A stretch of 64,000 bases of DNA, taken from the NCBI GenBank assembly GCA_041397725.1, contig JAWKVZ010000001.1:602021-666020 (forward strand), in the 5' to 3' direction. The notes under the pieces were generated by a model. That model saw nothing but the letters and a program-made list of their open reading frames with translations. It made no database searches and was not told where the DNA came from. Position numbers and translations under genes: made by a program. This document shows positions 39,482-48,866 of this stretch, in pieces (position 1 is the first letter of the stretch; each line of letters begins with the position of its first letter). Origin of the DNA: Hyphomicrobiaceae bacterium (lineage in GTDB: Bacteria > Pseudomonadota > Alphaproteobacteria > Rhizobiales > Hyphomicrobiaceae).

Positions 39482-40660
39482 TCAGACGGGATTGCGCTCG
39501 ATCAGCCGCCGGGCGATGACGAGACGCTGGATCTCGTTAGTACCCTCGCCGATGCAGAGCAACGGTGCGTCACGATAGAGACGCTCGACGATGAACTCCT
39601 TCGAGTAGCCGTAGCCGCCGTGGATGCGCATGGCCTCCGTGGCGTTCTCGAGAGCCGCCTCGGTGGCGAACAGCTTGGCCATGCCGGCCTCGAAGTCGGC
39701 GCGCTCGCCGCGGTCGATGGCGCGGGCTGCATTCTCGACCAGCAGGCGGGCAGCGGTGGTGCGCGTCACCATGTCGGCGAGCTTCAAGGCAATGGCCTGA
39801 TGCTCGTGGATGTACTTGCCCATGGTCTTGCGCTGCTGGGAGTACTTGACGGCCTCGTCGAGGGCCGCCTGGGCGACGCCGACGCCGCGCGCCGCCACGT
39901 TGAGGCGGCCGAGCTCGAGACCGGAGATGGCGCACTCCATGCCGCGCCCCTCGACCTCGCCAATGAGCTTGTCGGCGGAGACTTTGAAGTCCTCGAACAC
40001 GAGCTCGGCGGAATCGATGCCCTTGTAGCCGAGCTTCTCGAGCTTCTTGGAGACGCGAAAGCCCGGCCCCTTCTCGGCGAGGAACATGGAGATGCCGGCC
40101 TTGCGCGGCTCGGCCGTGGGGTCCGTCTTCACGAGCAGCGCGAAGCAGGTGCCGTGGATGCCATTGGAGATCCAGGTCTTCGTGCCGTTGATGACGTAGC
40201 TGCTGTTGCCCTCCTTGCGGGCGGAGGTGCGGATCGCCTGCAGGTCGGTGCCGGTATCGGGCTCGGTCAGCGCGAGGCCACCGCGCACCTCGCCCGTCGC
40301 GAACCGCGGCAGGAAATGGCGGCGCTGCTCCTCGGTGCCCATCTTGTCGACGATGCGCGCCATGATCAGGTGCGAGTTGATGATGCCGGAGACGCTCATC
40401 CAGACACGGGAAATGCGCTCGATCACCTTGGCGTAGGTCGAGGGCTTGAGGCCGAGCCCGCCATACTTCTCGGGGATGATGCAGCCGAACAGGCCGAGCT
40501 CCTTCATGCGCGCGACGATCTCCTCGGGGTAGATGTCGTCGTGCTCGAGCTTCTGGGCGTAGGGCGCCACCTCGCGGGCCAGGAACTTGTCCACGGCCTC
40601 CAGGATGAGGCGCTCCTGCTCGAGCTCATCGGCGGCAAGGCTGGTCGGATCGGCAGTCAC
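39482..40660 (-). CDS. Acyl-CoA dehydrogenase, 392 aa
   Basis: Full ACAD fold (GLALTEPDTGTDLQAI..., YRDAPLLCIGEGTNEIQRLVIAR). Confidence 0.9.
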   Translation of the reverse strand: MTADPTSLAADELEQERLILEAVDKFLAREVAPYAQKLEHDDIYPEEIVARMKELGLFGCIIPEKYGGLGLKPSTYAKVIERISRVWMSVSGIINSHLIMARIVDKMGTEEQRRHFLPRFATGEVRGGLALTEPDTGTDLQAIRTSARKEGNSSYVINGTKTWISNGIHGTCFALLVKTDPTAEPRKAGISMFLAEKGPGFRVSKKLEKLGYKGIDSAELVFEDFKVSADKLIGEVEGRGMECAISGLELGRLNVAARGVGVAQAALDEAVKYSQQRKTMGKYIHEHQAIALKLADMVTRTTAARLLVENAARAIDRGERADFEAGMAKLFATEAALENATEAMRIHGGYGYSKEFIVERLYRDAPLLCIGEGTNEIQRLVIARRLIERNPV

Positions 40661-40738
40661 GGACGGACTCCAGTTCAGGTCGAGGAAAACGCCGCCCCGG
40701 CCGGCGCCGACCGGGGCATCACACGAGGCATCCCGCGC

Positions 40739-42190
40739 TCAGGCGCAGGCCGGCGAAAACACCTTGAGGGCGTCGGCACCCCTCGGCGCGCCTTCGAGAC
40801 CGAGCATGGCGCCGGCCATGCGGTCCGCCGCCTCCTCGTCGCACGCCATGGCGACGTTGCCGCGGAACTTCTCGACGATCTCGTCGTTGCTGAGCGGCCG
40901 GTCGGCGGCGCCGCGATTGATGTGCTCGCGGTGACTGAGCTTGCGCCCGTCGTCGAGCGTGACGGTCACCTCCCCGGAATAGGCTTTGGGATAGGGGCTG
41001 TCGACGTAGGCCCCGTAGCGCACCTTGCGGGTGAGTGCGAGGACGTCGGGGTCGGTGAGCGTCTCGGGCTCGAGCTCGGCGAGCGTGAAGCGATTGCGCA
41101 CGAAGGCGGCCGCCGTCAGGTATTGAAGCGAGAACTGCGCGTCATAGGCCGTGGCCGGCGCCAGCTTCGGCGCTTCCGGCTCGCAGATTACCTTGAACAC
41201 GCCCTCGGGCACCGTCGCCTCGATCTGGGTGATGCGGCGCCAGTCGACGCCCTGCTTGGCGAGCGCCAGCGCGGCATCGATGCACCCGTGCGTCATGTGG
41301 CAGGCGGGATAGGGCTTGATCGCCACCTGCTTCAACTCCCAGACCTTGCCGAGATCCGCCGTCGCGAAGCTGTAGTCGGCGCGGCCGGCCTCCTTGCCGA
41401 GATAGGCGTTGAAGACGCCGAAACGCCCTTCGTAGGGCTCTGACGCGCCGACGAACCCTTCGCGCGCCATGGCGGCCGCCGTCAGACCAGCCTGCGCCGC
41501 CCAGCCCGGATGCAGGCGCTTGTTCCAGGCGCCGTTCTCGAGGAACTGCAGCGAGCCCGAAGCGAGCGACAGCGCGATGCCCTGGGCGTTGCGCATCTCC
41601 TTCTCGTTGAGGCCCATGAGACGACCGGCCGCGAGCGTGCAGCCGAAGACGCCGATCATGCCGGTCGGATGGAAACCGACCAGATGGAACCCGCCCTGGG
41701 CCACCTCGCCGAGGCGCGAGGCGACCTCGACACCGATCACGTAAGCCGTGACCATGGCCTTGCCGGACGCGCCGACGTGTGCCGCCGCCGACAGCACGGT
41801 TGGAAGGATGCTCGCCGTCGGATGCACGACGCCACCCATATGCGTGTCGTCGAAATCGAGACCGTGGCAGAGGAAGCCGTTGACCATCGCGGCGTCGCGC
41901 ATCGACAGCGCCGCGGGCATACCGAGCACCGGCACCGACCCGGCGCCGCCGAGGCCGCGCACCGCCGTCAGCATGCGATGGGCGAAATCGTAGCGCGTCG
42001 AGGCGACGGCGATACCGGCCGCATCCAGCATGTGATGGAGCGCGCGCCGGCGCACGGGCTCCGGGATCGCGTCGTGCCGCGTGCGGCAGGCGAAGGCGGC
42101 GAGCCGCACGGCGATCTCCTCGGCGTCGGGACGCGCCTTGGCCTCGGCCTCCGGCATCTTCTTCAACGCTGTCTGCGGCTTGCGAGCCAT
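40739..42190 (-). CDS. MmgE/PrpD-family protein (2-methylcitrate dehydratase superfamily), 483 aa
   Basis: PrpD-like two-domain sequence. The start MARKPQTALKK is preceded by GAGAGGAGA. Confidence 0.75.
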   Translation of the reverse strand: MARKPQTALKKMPEAEAKARPDAEEIAVRLAAFACRTRHDAIPEPVRRRALHHMLDAAGIAVASTRYDFAHRMLTAVRGLGGAGSVPVLGMPAALSMRDAAMVNGFLCHGLDFDDTHMGGVVHPTASILPTVLSAAAHVGASGKAMVTAYVIGVEVASRLGEVAQGGFHLVGFHPTGMIGVFGCTLAAGRLMGLNEKEMRNAQGIALSLASGSLQFLENGAWNKRLHPGWAAQAGLTAAAMAREGFVGASEPYEGRFGVFNAYLGKEAGRADYSFATADLGKVWELKQVAIKPYPACHMTHGCIDAALALAKQGVDWRRITQIEATVPEGVFKVICEPEAPKLAPATAYDAQFSLQYLTAAAFVRNRFTLAELEPETLTDPDVLALTRKVRYGAYVDSPYPKAYSGEVTVTLDDGRKLSHREHINRGAADRPLSNDEIVEKFRGNVAMACDEEAADRMAGAMLGLEGAPRGADALKVFSPACA

Positions 42191-42314
42191 GTCGGTCTCC
42201 TCTCGAGCGCGTGCTTCGCGCACGGCGGCATCAAACGCCCGTTGCCTTCGTCGCGGCCGGGCCATATGGTCCGGACAACACTAGCCAATCTCTCCGACCT
42301 GCAAAAGACGTCAT

Positions 42315-43583
42315 ATGCCCCCACCTCTGGCTTCCGACCGATCGCGTGGTCCGGGCAGCGCCTCACCCCGCCTGACGTCGCCGGGCGGGCTGCCGGCGCT
42401 GCTCGGCGTCGTCACGGGTGTGCAGGCGCTGGCGACCTTCTCCGTGCTGGCCTTGCCGCAGGTGGCGCCGACGGTGACCGCGAGCCTCGGTGTGGGCGCT
42501 GAGTGGATCGGCTACCAGGTGAGCCTCGTCTATCTGACCGCGGCCATCGCATCGGCCTCGGCCGGGGCCTTCGTGCGCCGTCTCGGCCCTTGCCGGGCCA
42601 GTGTCATCGCCCTGCTCATGAGCGCGCTCGGCATGATCGGCATCGCCTCCGGACATCTGCTGATGATCGCCGTGGCCTCGCTGCTCGTCGGCGTCACCTA
42701 CAGTTTGACCAACCCTGCCGCCTCGCACCTGCTCATCCGCTTCGGCCCACCCTCCTACCGCAACGTCATCTTTGCGCTGAAACAGACGGGCGTGCCGCTC
42801 GGTGCCCTGCTCGGCGCCCTGCTCATGCCGACGCTCAGCCAGAAGTTCGGCTGGCAGACGGCCTTCGCCGGCGGCGCGCTCATGCTCGTCCTGCTGGCGC
42901 TCGTGGCCTGGCCGATGCGGGCGCACTGGGACGACGACCGCCAGCCCTCCGCGCCCCTGCGCGGCCAGCTTCTCGGCGGCGTCAAGACGGTCTACCGCAG
43001 TCGCATCCTCTGGGGCCTCTCGGTGCTCGGCTTCGTCTACTCGGGCATCCAGGTGACGCTGATGTCGTTCACCGTCACGCTGCTCGTCAAAGACCTCGGC
43101 TGGGACCTCATCTCGGCCGGCTACGTGGCGGCCGCCATGAACGCCAGCGGCGCGATCGGACGCATCTGCTGGGGCTTCCTGGCCGACCGGACGGGCAAGG
43201 GCAGTCTCGTGCTTATCGCCATCGGCATCGGCTCCACCTTCGTGGCCCTGGCCGTCTCGCGTCTCACCTCATCCTGGCCGACGGCCGGCGTGACGGGCCT
43301 GCTCATGCTCTACGGCTTCCTCATCGTCGGCTGGAACGGCGTGTTCATGGGCGAAATCGCCCGCGCCTCGACGCCCTCCGAGGTCGGCGCGGCCACCGGC
43401 GGCGGCCTCGTCTTCTGTTTCATCGGCGTGGTCATCGGACCGACGCTCTATGCCTTGCTCTACAAGAGCATCGGCAGTTATGCGCTGACCTTCGGCGTGC
43501 TCTCCGCGGTGACGCTGATCGGCTCTTTCAAGCTGTGGCTGGCGAGCCGCCCGGCCACGCCGGCCGACGTCAAGACCGGCTGA
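42315..43583 (+). CDS. MFS transporter, 12-TM, up to 422 aa
   Basis: Hydrophobic throughout. Divergent from the MmgE/PrpD gene. The true start may lie downstream of 42315. Confidence 0.65.
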   Translation: MPPPLASDRSRGPGSASPRLTSPGGLPALLGVVTGVQALATFSVLALPQVAPTVTASLGVGAEWIGYQVSLVYLTAAIASASAGAFVRRLGPCRASVIALLMSALGMIGIASGHLLMIAVASLLVGVTYSLTNPAASHLLIRFGPPSYRNVIFALKQTGVPLGALLGALLMPTLSQKFGWQTAFAGGALMLVLLALVAWPMRAHWDDDRQPSAPLRGQLLGGVKTVYRSRILWGLSVLGFVYSGIQVTLMSFTVTLLVKDLGWDLISAGYVAAAMNASGAIGRICWGFLADRTGKGSLVLIAIGIGSTFVALAVSRLTSSWPTAGVTGLLMLYGFLIVGWNGVFMGEIARASTPSEVGAATGGGLVFCFIGVVIGPTLYALLYKSIGSYALTFGVLSAVTLIGSFKLWLASRPATPADVKTG

Positions 43584-43764
43584 GCCGTTTCGACCAGGCC
43601 GGCCCATTGCAGCGCCGCCGATCCCTCCGACCGCCCTGTATGCAGCGGCCTCGCGGCCAGCCCCCTCATTCCTGCATTGCTGCAATGCAATATCCTCGGT
43701 TTTGCAGCGCAATGTGGCATGCCATATTCCATGCAACGCCGACTCGCACCAAAAGAGGTGATCC

Positions 43765-43977
43765 ATGGCCACTCTCGCCACGTCCAGCCACCACCACACC
43801 GCCATTCATCCGGCAACATCCGGCCTTCGCGGCGCTTTCGCATGGCTCTTTGCAGCCCTCGACAGCTTCCTGTTGGCCCGCGCGGCGCTCTCCCGTTACG
43901 AGGAGCTGCGCATGGCTGGCGTCCCGCAGGACAAGATCAGCAAGGATCTGCTCGAGAACTACTTCTCGAAGCGCTGA
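43765..43977 (+). CDS. Orphan small protein, 70 aa
   Basis: AAGAGGTGA SD sits 5 nt upstream of the ATG. A hairpin with T-tract lies about 75 nt downstream. Sequence is MATLATSSHHHTAIHPATSGLRGAFAWLFAALDSFLLARAALSRYEELRMAGVPQDKISKDLLENYFSKR. Confidence 0.55.
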   Translation: MATLATSSHHHTAIHPATSGLRGAFAWLFAALDSFLLARAALSRYEELRMAGVPQDKISKDLLENYFSKR

Positions 43978-44049
43978 CGACGGTCGGCGCGCGCGAGCGG
44001 CGCACACGAGGCGCCCTGCTCGCAGCATCTCACGTCTGAACCGACACAA

Positions 44050-44085
44050 GAGGCCCTTTCGGCGCAGGAGGGCCTTTTGTCTTCG
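44050..44085 (+). terminator. Candidate rho-independent terminator downstream of the small ORF
   Basis: AGGCCCT-ttcggcgcagg-AGGGCCT followed by TTTTGTCTT. Coordinates are approximate. Confidence 0.5.
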
Positions 44086-44182
44086 CCAAGAGGCAACGCC
44101 AGCCCCCCTTGCGGACCAGATCGGACCGTCGCCGGCGCGGGCGTGACCGAAGGCCGATTGACAGCCCCAGCCCCCCTCAATA

Positions 44183-44210
44183 AAACGAGACACAACGTCT
44201 CGCTTTCATT
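44183..44210 (-). terminator. Candidate rho-independent terminator of the pta-like gene
   Basis: On the minus strand, GCGAGAC-gttgt-GTCTCG is followed by TTTTATTGAGG. Confidence 0.55.
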
Positions 44211-44375
44211 CGTCCTGCGCGCGATGCGCCGTTCGTGGCCACCGCAGTCCCAAGGCGGCTGCGACGCCCTGTCGTCACGCACCCGTCGGACGCCGCCCGC
44301 ACCGCTGCGCGGCAAGCCGAGGAGCCTGGATCCGTGCCCAGTCCGTCAGCGTGTCACCAGCGACGCCAGTGCGCC

Positions 44376-45359
44376 CTAAGCGCGCGCCAGGGTCACGCAA
44401 ACGGTGTCCACGATATCGCTCACGCTGGCGCCACGCGACAAGTCCGATACCGGCCGGGCGAAGCCTTGCAGAAACGGCCCGATTGCCTTCGCGCCGGCCA
44501 GGTACTGCGTCAGCTTGTAGCCGATATTGCCGGCATCGAGGTCGGGGAAGACGAGAACGTTCGCTGCGCCGCCCACGACGGAGGGCGTCTTGAGTTTCTT
44601 GGCCGCGACCGCCGGCGCCAGGGCGGCATCGGCCTGCATCTCGCCGTCGACCGCGAGGGCGGGCGCCCGCTCGCGAACCAGCGCCAGCGCAGCACGCACC
44701 TTGTCCACGTGAGGGTGCGTGGCACTGCCGTGCGTCGAGAAGGACAGCAGCGCGACCTTTGGCTCGACGCCGAGCAGCGCGCGCGCACTCTCTGCCGAGG
44801 CGATGGCGATGTCCGCGAGCTCGTCGGCCGTCGGGTCGGCGTTGACGGCGCAATCGGCGAAGACCAGCGTACGCGCGCCCGCGCCATCCTGCCCCGGCAC
44901 GATCATGAGGAAGAAGCTCGACGGCGTGGCGATGCCCGGAGCCGGCCCGATGGTCATCAGACCGGCCTCGATCACGCGCCGCGTCGGATTGGCGACACCG
45001 GCGACCATGGCCGACGCCTCGCTCGCCGCCACGATCGCGCCGGCGAAATAGAGCGGCTTGCGCAACAGACGCTCGGCCATCTTCGCGGACATGCGCTCGC
45101 GGCTCTCCGCCAGCCGGGTTGCATAGCCCGGCACGGCCGTATCCGTCGCCGGGTCCCTGACCGCGATCCCCGCGATGGAGAGCCCGGCCGCCACGGCAGC
45201 CGCCGCGACCTCGCTCGGCGCACCGACCAGGATCGGCACGGCCAATTCCTCCCGCACGAGCACGCCCGCCGCCTCCAGAACGCGCGGGTCGTTCGCCTCC
45301 GGCAGCACGACGGCGCGCTGTCGCCCGCGAATGATCGTTTTGCAGTCGTCGAGGATCAT
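44376..45359 (-). CDS. Phosphate acetyl/butyryl-transferase family protein (Pta/Ptb-like), 327 aa
   Basis: [33 protein letters not shown]..., HGSATHP and [14 protein letters not shown] are PTA_PTB motifs. Confidence 0.8.
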   Translation of the reverse strand: MILDDCKTIIRGRQRAVVLPEANDPRVLEAAGVLVREELAVPILVGAPSEVAAAAVAAGLSIAGIAVRDPATDTAVPGYATRLAESRERMSAKMAERLLRKPLYFAGAIVAASEASAMVAGVANPTRRVIEAGLMTIGPAPGIATPSSFFLMIVPGQDGAGARTLVFADCAVNADPTADELADIAIASAESARALLGVEPKVALLSFSTHGSATHPHVDKVRAALALVRERAPALAVDGEMQADAALAPAVAAKKLKTPSVVGGAANVLVFPDLDAGNIGYKLTQYLAGAKAIGPFLQGFARPVSDLSRGASVSDIVDTVCVTLARA

Positions 45360-45470
45360 GCTCGTCGTCCCAACCTGATCGTGCCCCCGGCACCCCTTCG
45401 CCGCCAAGTCCGGGCGACGCCACCACGTCATTAGCAATTGCAGCCCCGAGAAGACAAGGAAGCCACGCCG

Positions 45471-46616
45471 ATGACCACGAACGAACCCACCATCAAGATC
45501 TACCGCGGGCTCAAGGACGTCTACTTCGAGCGTTCGGAGACGACCTTCATCGACGGCAAGGTGGGCGAGCTACGCTATCGCGGCTATTCGATCCACGACC
45601 TCGCCGAGAATTCGAGCTTCGAGGAGACGGGCTATCTGCTCCTGCACGGCGAACTGCCGACCAGAAGTCAACTCGATGCCTTCGACGCCGAGCTCAAGGC
45701 CGCGCGCAAGCTGCCGGCCGCCGTGCTCGACATCATCCGCACGATCAAGACGGCGCATCCGATGGACGTGCTGCGCACCGCCGTCTCGGCACTCGCCGCC
45801 TTCGACCCGCAGGTCAGCGACAACAGCCGCGAGGCGACCATCGCCAAAGGCGTGCGGCTCACCTCGCAGGTTCCGATGATCGTCGCCGCTCTCGATCGCA
45901 TCCGCAACGGCCTCAAGCCGATCGAGGCCGACCCGGCGCTCGGTCATGCCGCCAACTTCCTCTGGATGCTCAAGGGCGAGGTTCCCAGCGAGAACGCCGC
46001 CGCCCTCTTCGACAAGGACCTCGTGCTGCATGCCGAGCACGGCTCCAACGCCTCGTCGTTCACGGCCCGCGTCGTCATCGGCACCGACGCCAACATCCAT
46101 GCCGCCGTCACCGCCGCCATCGCCGCGCTGTCCGGCCCCGCCCACGGTGGCGCGGCCGAGGACGTCATGAAGATGGCGCTGGAGATCGGCGAGCCCGCCA
46201 ACGTGCCGGCTTTCGTCAAGCGCAAGCGGGCGGCCAAGGAGCCGATCACCGGCTTCGGTCACCGCGTCTATCGCGCAGAGGATCCGCGGGCACGCCATAT
46301 GCGCGAAGGCGTCAAGCAGCTGAGCCAGGAGATGGGCCAGCCGAAGTGGTACGAGATCCTTGAGGCGCTGGTGAAGGAGATGGCGCCGTATGCCCGGCAC
46401 GGCGTCAACGTCAACGTCGATTTCTATTCGGGCGCCATCTATTACCTGCACGAGATCCCGAATGACCTGTTCGTGCCCATCTTCGCCATCGGTCGCGTAC
46501 CGGGCTGGACGGTGCAGGTGCTCGAGCAGCTCGCCAACAACATCCTGATCCGGCCGCTGACGCTCTACAACGGGCCGGAGCCCCGCCCCTACGTCGCCAT
46601 CGCGAAGCGGGGCTGA
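45471..46616 (+). CDS. Citrate synthase family protein, short form (citrate / 2-methylcitrate synthase or citryl-CoA lyase-like), 381 aa
   Basis: Citrate-synthase catalytic motifs (GFGHRVY, HAEHG-like [18 protein letters not shown]). AAGGAAG precedes the ATG. Confidence 0.8.
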   Translation: MTTNEPTIKIYRGLKDVYFERSETTFIDGKVGELRYRGYSIHDLAENSSFEETGYLLLHGELPTRSQLDAFDAELKAARKLPAAVLDIIRTIKTAHPMDVLRTAVSALAAFDPQVSDNSREATIAKGVRLTSQVPMIVAALDRIRNGLKPIEADPALGHAANFLWMLKGEVPSENAAALFDKDLVLHAEHGSNASSFTARVVIGTDANIHAAVTAAIAALSGPAHGGAAEDVMKMALEIGEPANVPAFVKRKRAAKEPITGFGHRVYRAEDPRARHMREGVKQLSQEMGQPKWYEILEALVKEMAPYARHGVNVNVDFYSGAIYYLHEIPNDLFVPIFAIGRVPGWTVQVLEQLANNILIRPLTLYNGPEPRPYVAIAKRG

Positions 46617-46756
46617 GCCGGCGGTTTCGCTGGACCGGCCAGCCTGGTCCGGTCCCGCCAGCGTGGCCCCAGATGACGCACGCCCGCCGAGCATCCCTGC
46701 CGGCGGGCGTCGTCAGTTTTTCATCACTACGGCAAGGCCGCAGGCGTTCCCGCGCG

Positions 46757-47221
46757 CTACCAGCCGCGACGGCACTGCCAGTAGCGACGCCACCAGTAGC
46801 GGCTGCCGGTTCGAATGGCGCGCCGCTTCAGCCAGTAGCAGCTGTCGCCGTAATAATACGACGGCCCGTCGTAGTAGTAATACGGAACCGCCGGAGCGAA
46901 GTAGAGACCGCGAGACCGGTAGCGCCCGCGCGGGCCGAAGTGCCGAGGACCACGCGCGAACGGCACCACCCGGCGCGGGCCAGGACCGACGCGAAGCCGC
47001 GGACCGACCATGCGAGGCGCCCGAAACCCAGGGCCGCCGATGCGCGGGCCACTCATGCGCGGACCGCGTGCGGTAGGCCCGCCACGGCGCGCGACGGGCG
47101 TCGCAAGCCGGTCCACGGTCGGAGCCGACAGTCCCGGTGCGGCGGGCGCTGCCGAAGCCGGCGCCGCCGAAAGCCAGCCAACCGCCATGACGGCGGCGAC
47201 TGCCATACGTCTCATGCTCAT
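46757..47221 (-). CDS. Exported low-complexity protein, Arg/Gly/Pro-repeat region plus Tyr/Trp/Arg-rich Cys-flanked C-terminus (possibly BA14K-like), 154 aa
   Basis: Signal peptide MSMRRMAVAAVMAVGWLSAAPASA. GPR(M/I/L/H)-type repeats. The tail is YYYYDGPSYYYGDSCYWLKRRAIRTGSRYWWRRYWQCRRGW. GGAGGAATGG precedes the ATG. Confidence 0.55.
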   Translation of the reverse strand: MSMRRMAVAAVMAVGWLSAAPASAAPAAPGLSAPTVDRLATPVARRGGPTARGPRMSGPRIGGPGFRAPRMVGPRLRVGPGPRRVVPFARGPRHFGPRGRYRSRGLYFAPAVPYYYYDGPSYYYGDSCYWLKRRAIRTGSRYWWRRYWQCRRGW

Positions 47222-47448
47222 TGTCCATTCCTCCGTGAGCAACGACCGAACGGTAGCAGCTTCCCCGGCGGCATCCCGTCACGAATAGTTATATGGTGCA
47301 TGACGGCGACCATAAGGCATTGACCTAACACAATATCAGTGAACGCACTACGCGTCTTCCGTGCACTTCCCCACTTCGTCGCGGCTTGTCTGGCCGACCG
47401 ACATGGGTTTTGCTGGATCCGACGGCCCGCACAGAGGAGCCCACGCGC

Positions 47449-48033
47449 ATGAGACTGCGCCGCCAGCGATCCCATCTGGTGATCATCGACGTGCAGGAAA
47501 ACCTGGCGCCGCACGTCGCGAACGCTGCGCGCGTCGTCGCGCATTGCCGGCGCCTCATCACTTACGCGCGCCGCCTCGACATTCCCGTCACACTCACGGA
47601 GCATTATCCGAAGGGGCTCGGCGTCACCGTGGCTCCCGTAAGGGAGGCGGCGGGTCCCCAGGCGATCCGGCTGGCGAAGATCGAATTCTCGTGCGTCCTC
47701 AATGCCGAGCTCCGCGAACGCTTTCATAGCCTGCGCGGCAATCAAGGGCGGGATCAACTCGTCGTCGCCGGCATGGAGGCACACGTCTGTGTCGGCCAGA
47801 CCGTGCTCGACCTTCTCGATGACGGCTTCCGCGTCAGCGTCGTCGGCGATGGCGTGGGCTCGCGCTCGCCGGAAGACCGCGCCATCGCGCTCGCGCGCAT
47901 GGCGAAGTCGGGTGCCGATATCGTCAGCCAGGAGATGGTGGCATTCGAATGGCTGGAACGGGCGGGCACGCCCGAGTTTCGCGACCTCATCCCGCTCATC
48001 AAGGCGGCGAGCGAGGAGCGCGACGAGAGCTAG
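47449..48033 (+). CDS. Isochorismatase-family cysteine hydrolase, 194 aa
   Basis: SHLVIIDVQENL...VVAGMEAHVCVGQTVLDLLDDGFRV is typical of the family. AGAGGAG precedes the start. Confidence 0.75.
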   Translation: MRLRRQRSHLVIIDVQENLAPHVANAARVVAHCRRLITYARRLDIPVTLTEHYPKGLGVTVAPVREAAGPQAIRLAKIEFSCVLNAELRERFHSLRGNQGRDQLVVAGMEAHVCVGQTVLDLLDDGFRVSVVGDGVGSRSPEDRAIALARMAKSGADIVSQEMVAFEWLERAGTPEFRDLIPLIKAASEERDES

Positions 48034-48144
48034 CCCGGCAGGCCGCAACGTGATCAGCACGCACGTCACACGCCGGCGCGCATCGCTGCGGTATTCGTGA
48101 TATACTGTCAGTGTTCGACGATCACAGCCTTGGGATACCTCGAT

Positions 48145-48771
48145 ATGCTGAAGATTTACGGCCGAGCCAACTCGATCAATGTCCGCAAAGTGCTGTGGCT
48201 CTGCGATGAGATTGGATTGAGCTACACACGCGAGGACTGGGGCCGCGGCTTCCGCGCCACGAGCGAGCCGGAGTTCCTGGCGCTCAATCCAATGGGGCTT
48301 GTTCCCGTCATCGACGACGAGGGCTTCCTGCTCCGCGAATCCAATGCCATCGTCCGCTATCTCGCCTCGAAGTACGGCTATGCGGAGATCTATCCGAACG
48401 ATCTCAAGCAGCGCGCCATCATCGAGCAATGGATGGATTGGGGCGCGGCCGAGTTCGTGCTGCCCCAGCGCGGCGCGTTCCTCGGCGGCTTCATCAAGGT
48501 CGAGCCGTGGACGACGCCATGGTTCGTCGAGGCGGCGCAGAAAGACTTCAACCGCCTGATGACCCTGCTCGATGCGCACCTCAAGGCGTCCGGCAAGGCC
48601 TTCGTCGCTGGCGACGCCTTCACCGTCGCCGATATCCCGGTCGGGCTCGTCGTCAATCGCTGGTACACGCTCGAGCTGGAGCGCCCGACCTTGCCGTCGC
48701 TTGCCGCCTATTACGACAAGCTCTCCCAGCGCCCGGCCTATCAGACCCACGGGCGCAACGGCGCGCCCTGA
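48145..48771 (+). CDS. Glutathione S-transferase, 208 aa
   Basis: MLKIYGRANSINVRKVLWLCDEIGL...LALNPMGLVPVIDDEGFLLRESNAIVRYLASKY is the GST N-terminal thioredoxin-like domain. Confidence 0.8.
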   Translation: MLKIYGRANSINVRKVLWLCDEIGLSYTREDWGRGFRATSEPEFLALNPMGLVPVIDDEGFLLRESNAIVRYLASKYGYAEIYPNDLKQRAIIEQWMDWGAAEFVLPQRGAFLGGFIKVEPWTTPWFVEAAQKDFNRLMTLLDAHLKASGKAFVAGDAFTVADIPVGLVVNRWYTLELERPTLPSLAAYYDKLSQRPAYQTHGRNGAP

Positions 48772-48866
48772 GAGCGCAGACGCGGCGCGACGTGGTGCAG
48801 CCGGCCGAGCCGCCGCCACAATTCTGACCGATGAAGGCGCGATCGAGACCGTATGGAGGTGAGCCG

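Noticed and set aside
47281-47340. TATGGT-N11-ACCATA inverted repeat in the AT-rich divergent promoter region between the exported repeat protein and the isochorismatase gene
   Set aside because: Short arms (6 bp) in an AT-rich promoter. Too weak to call an operator without conservation data.
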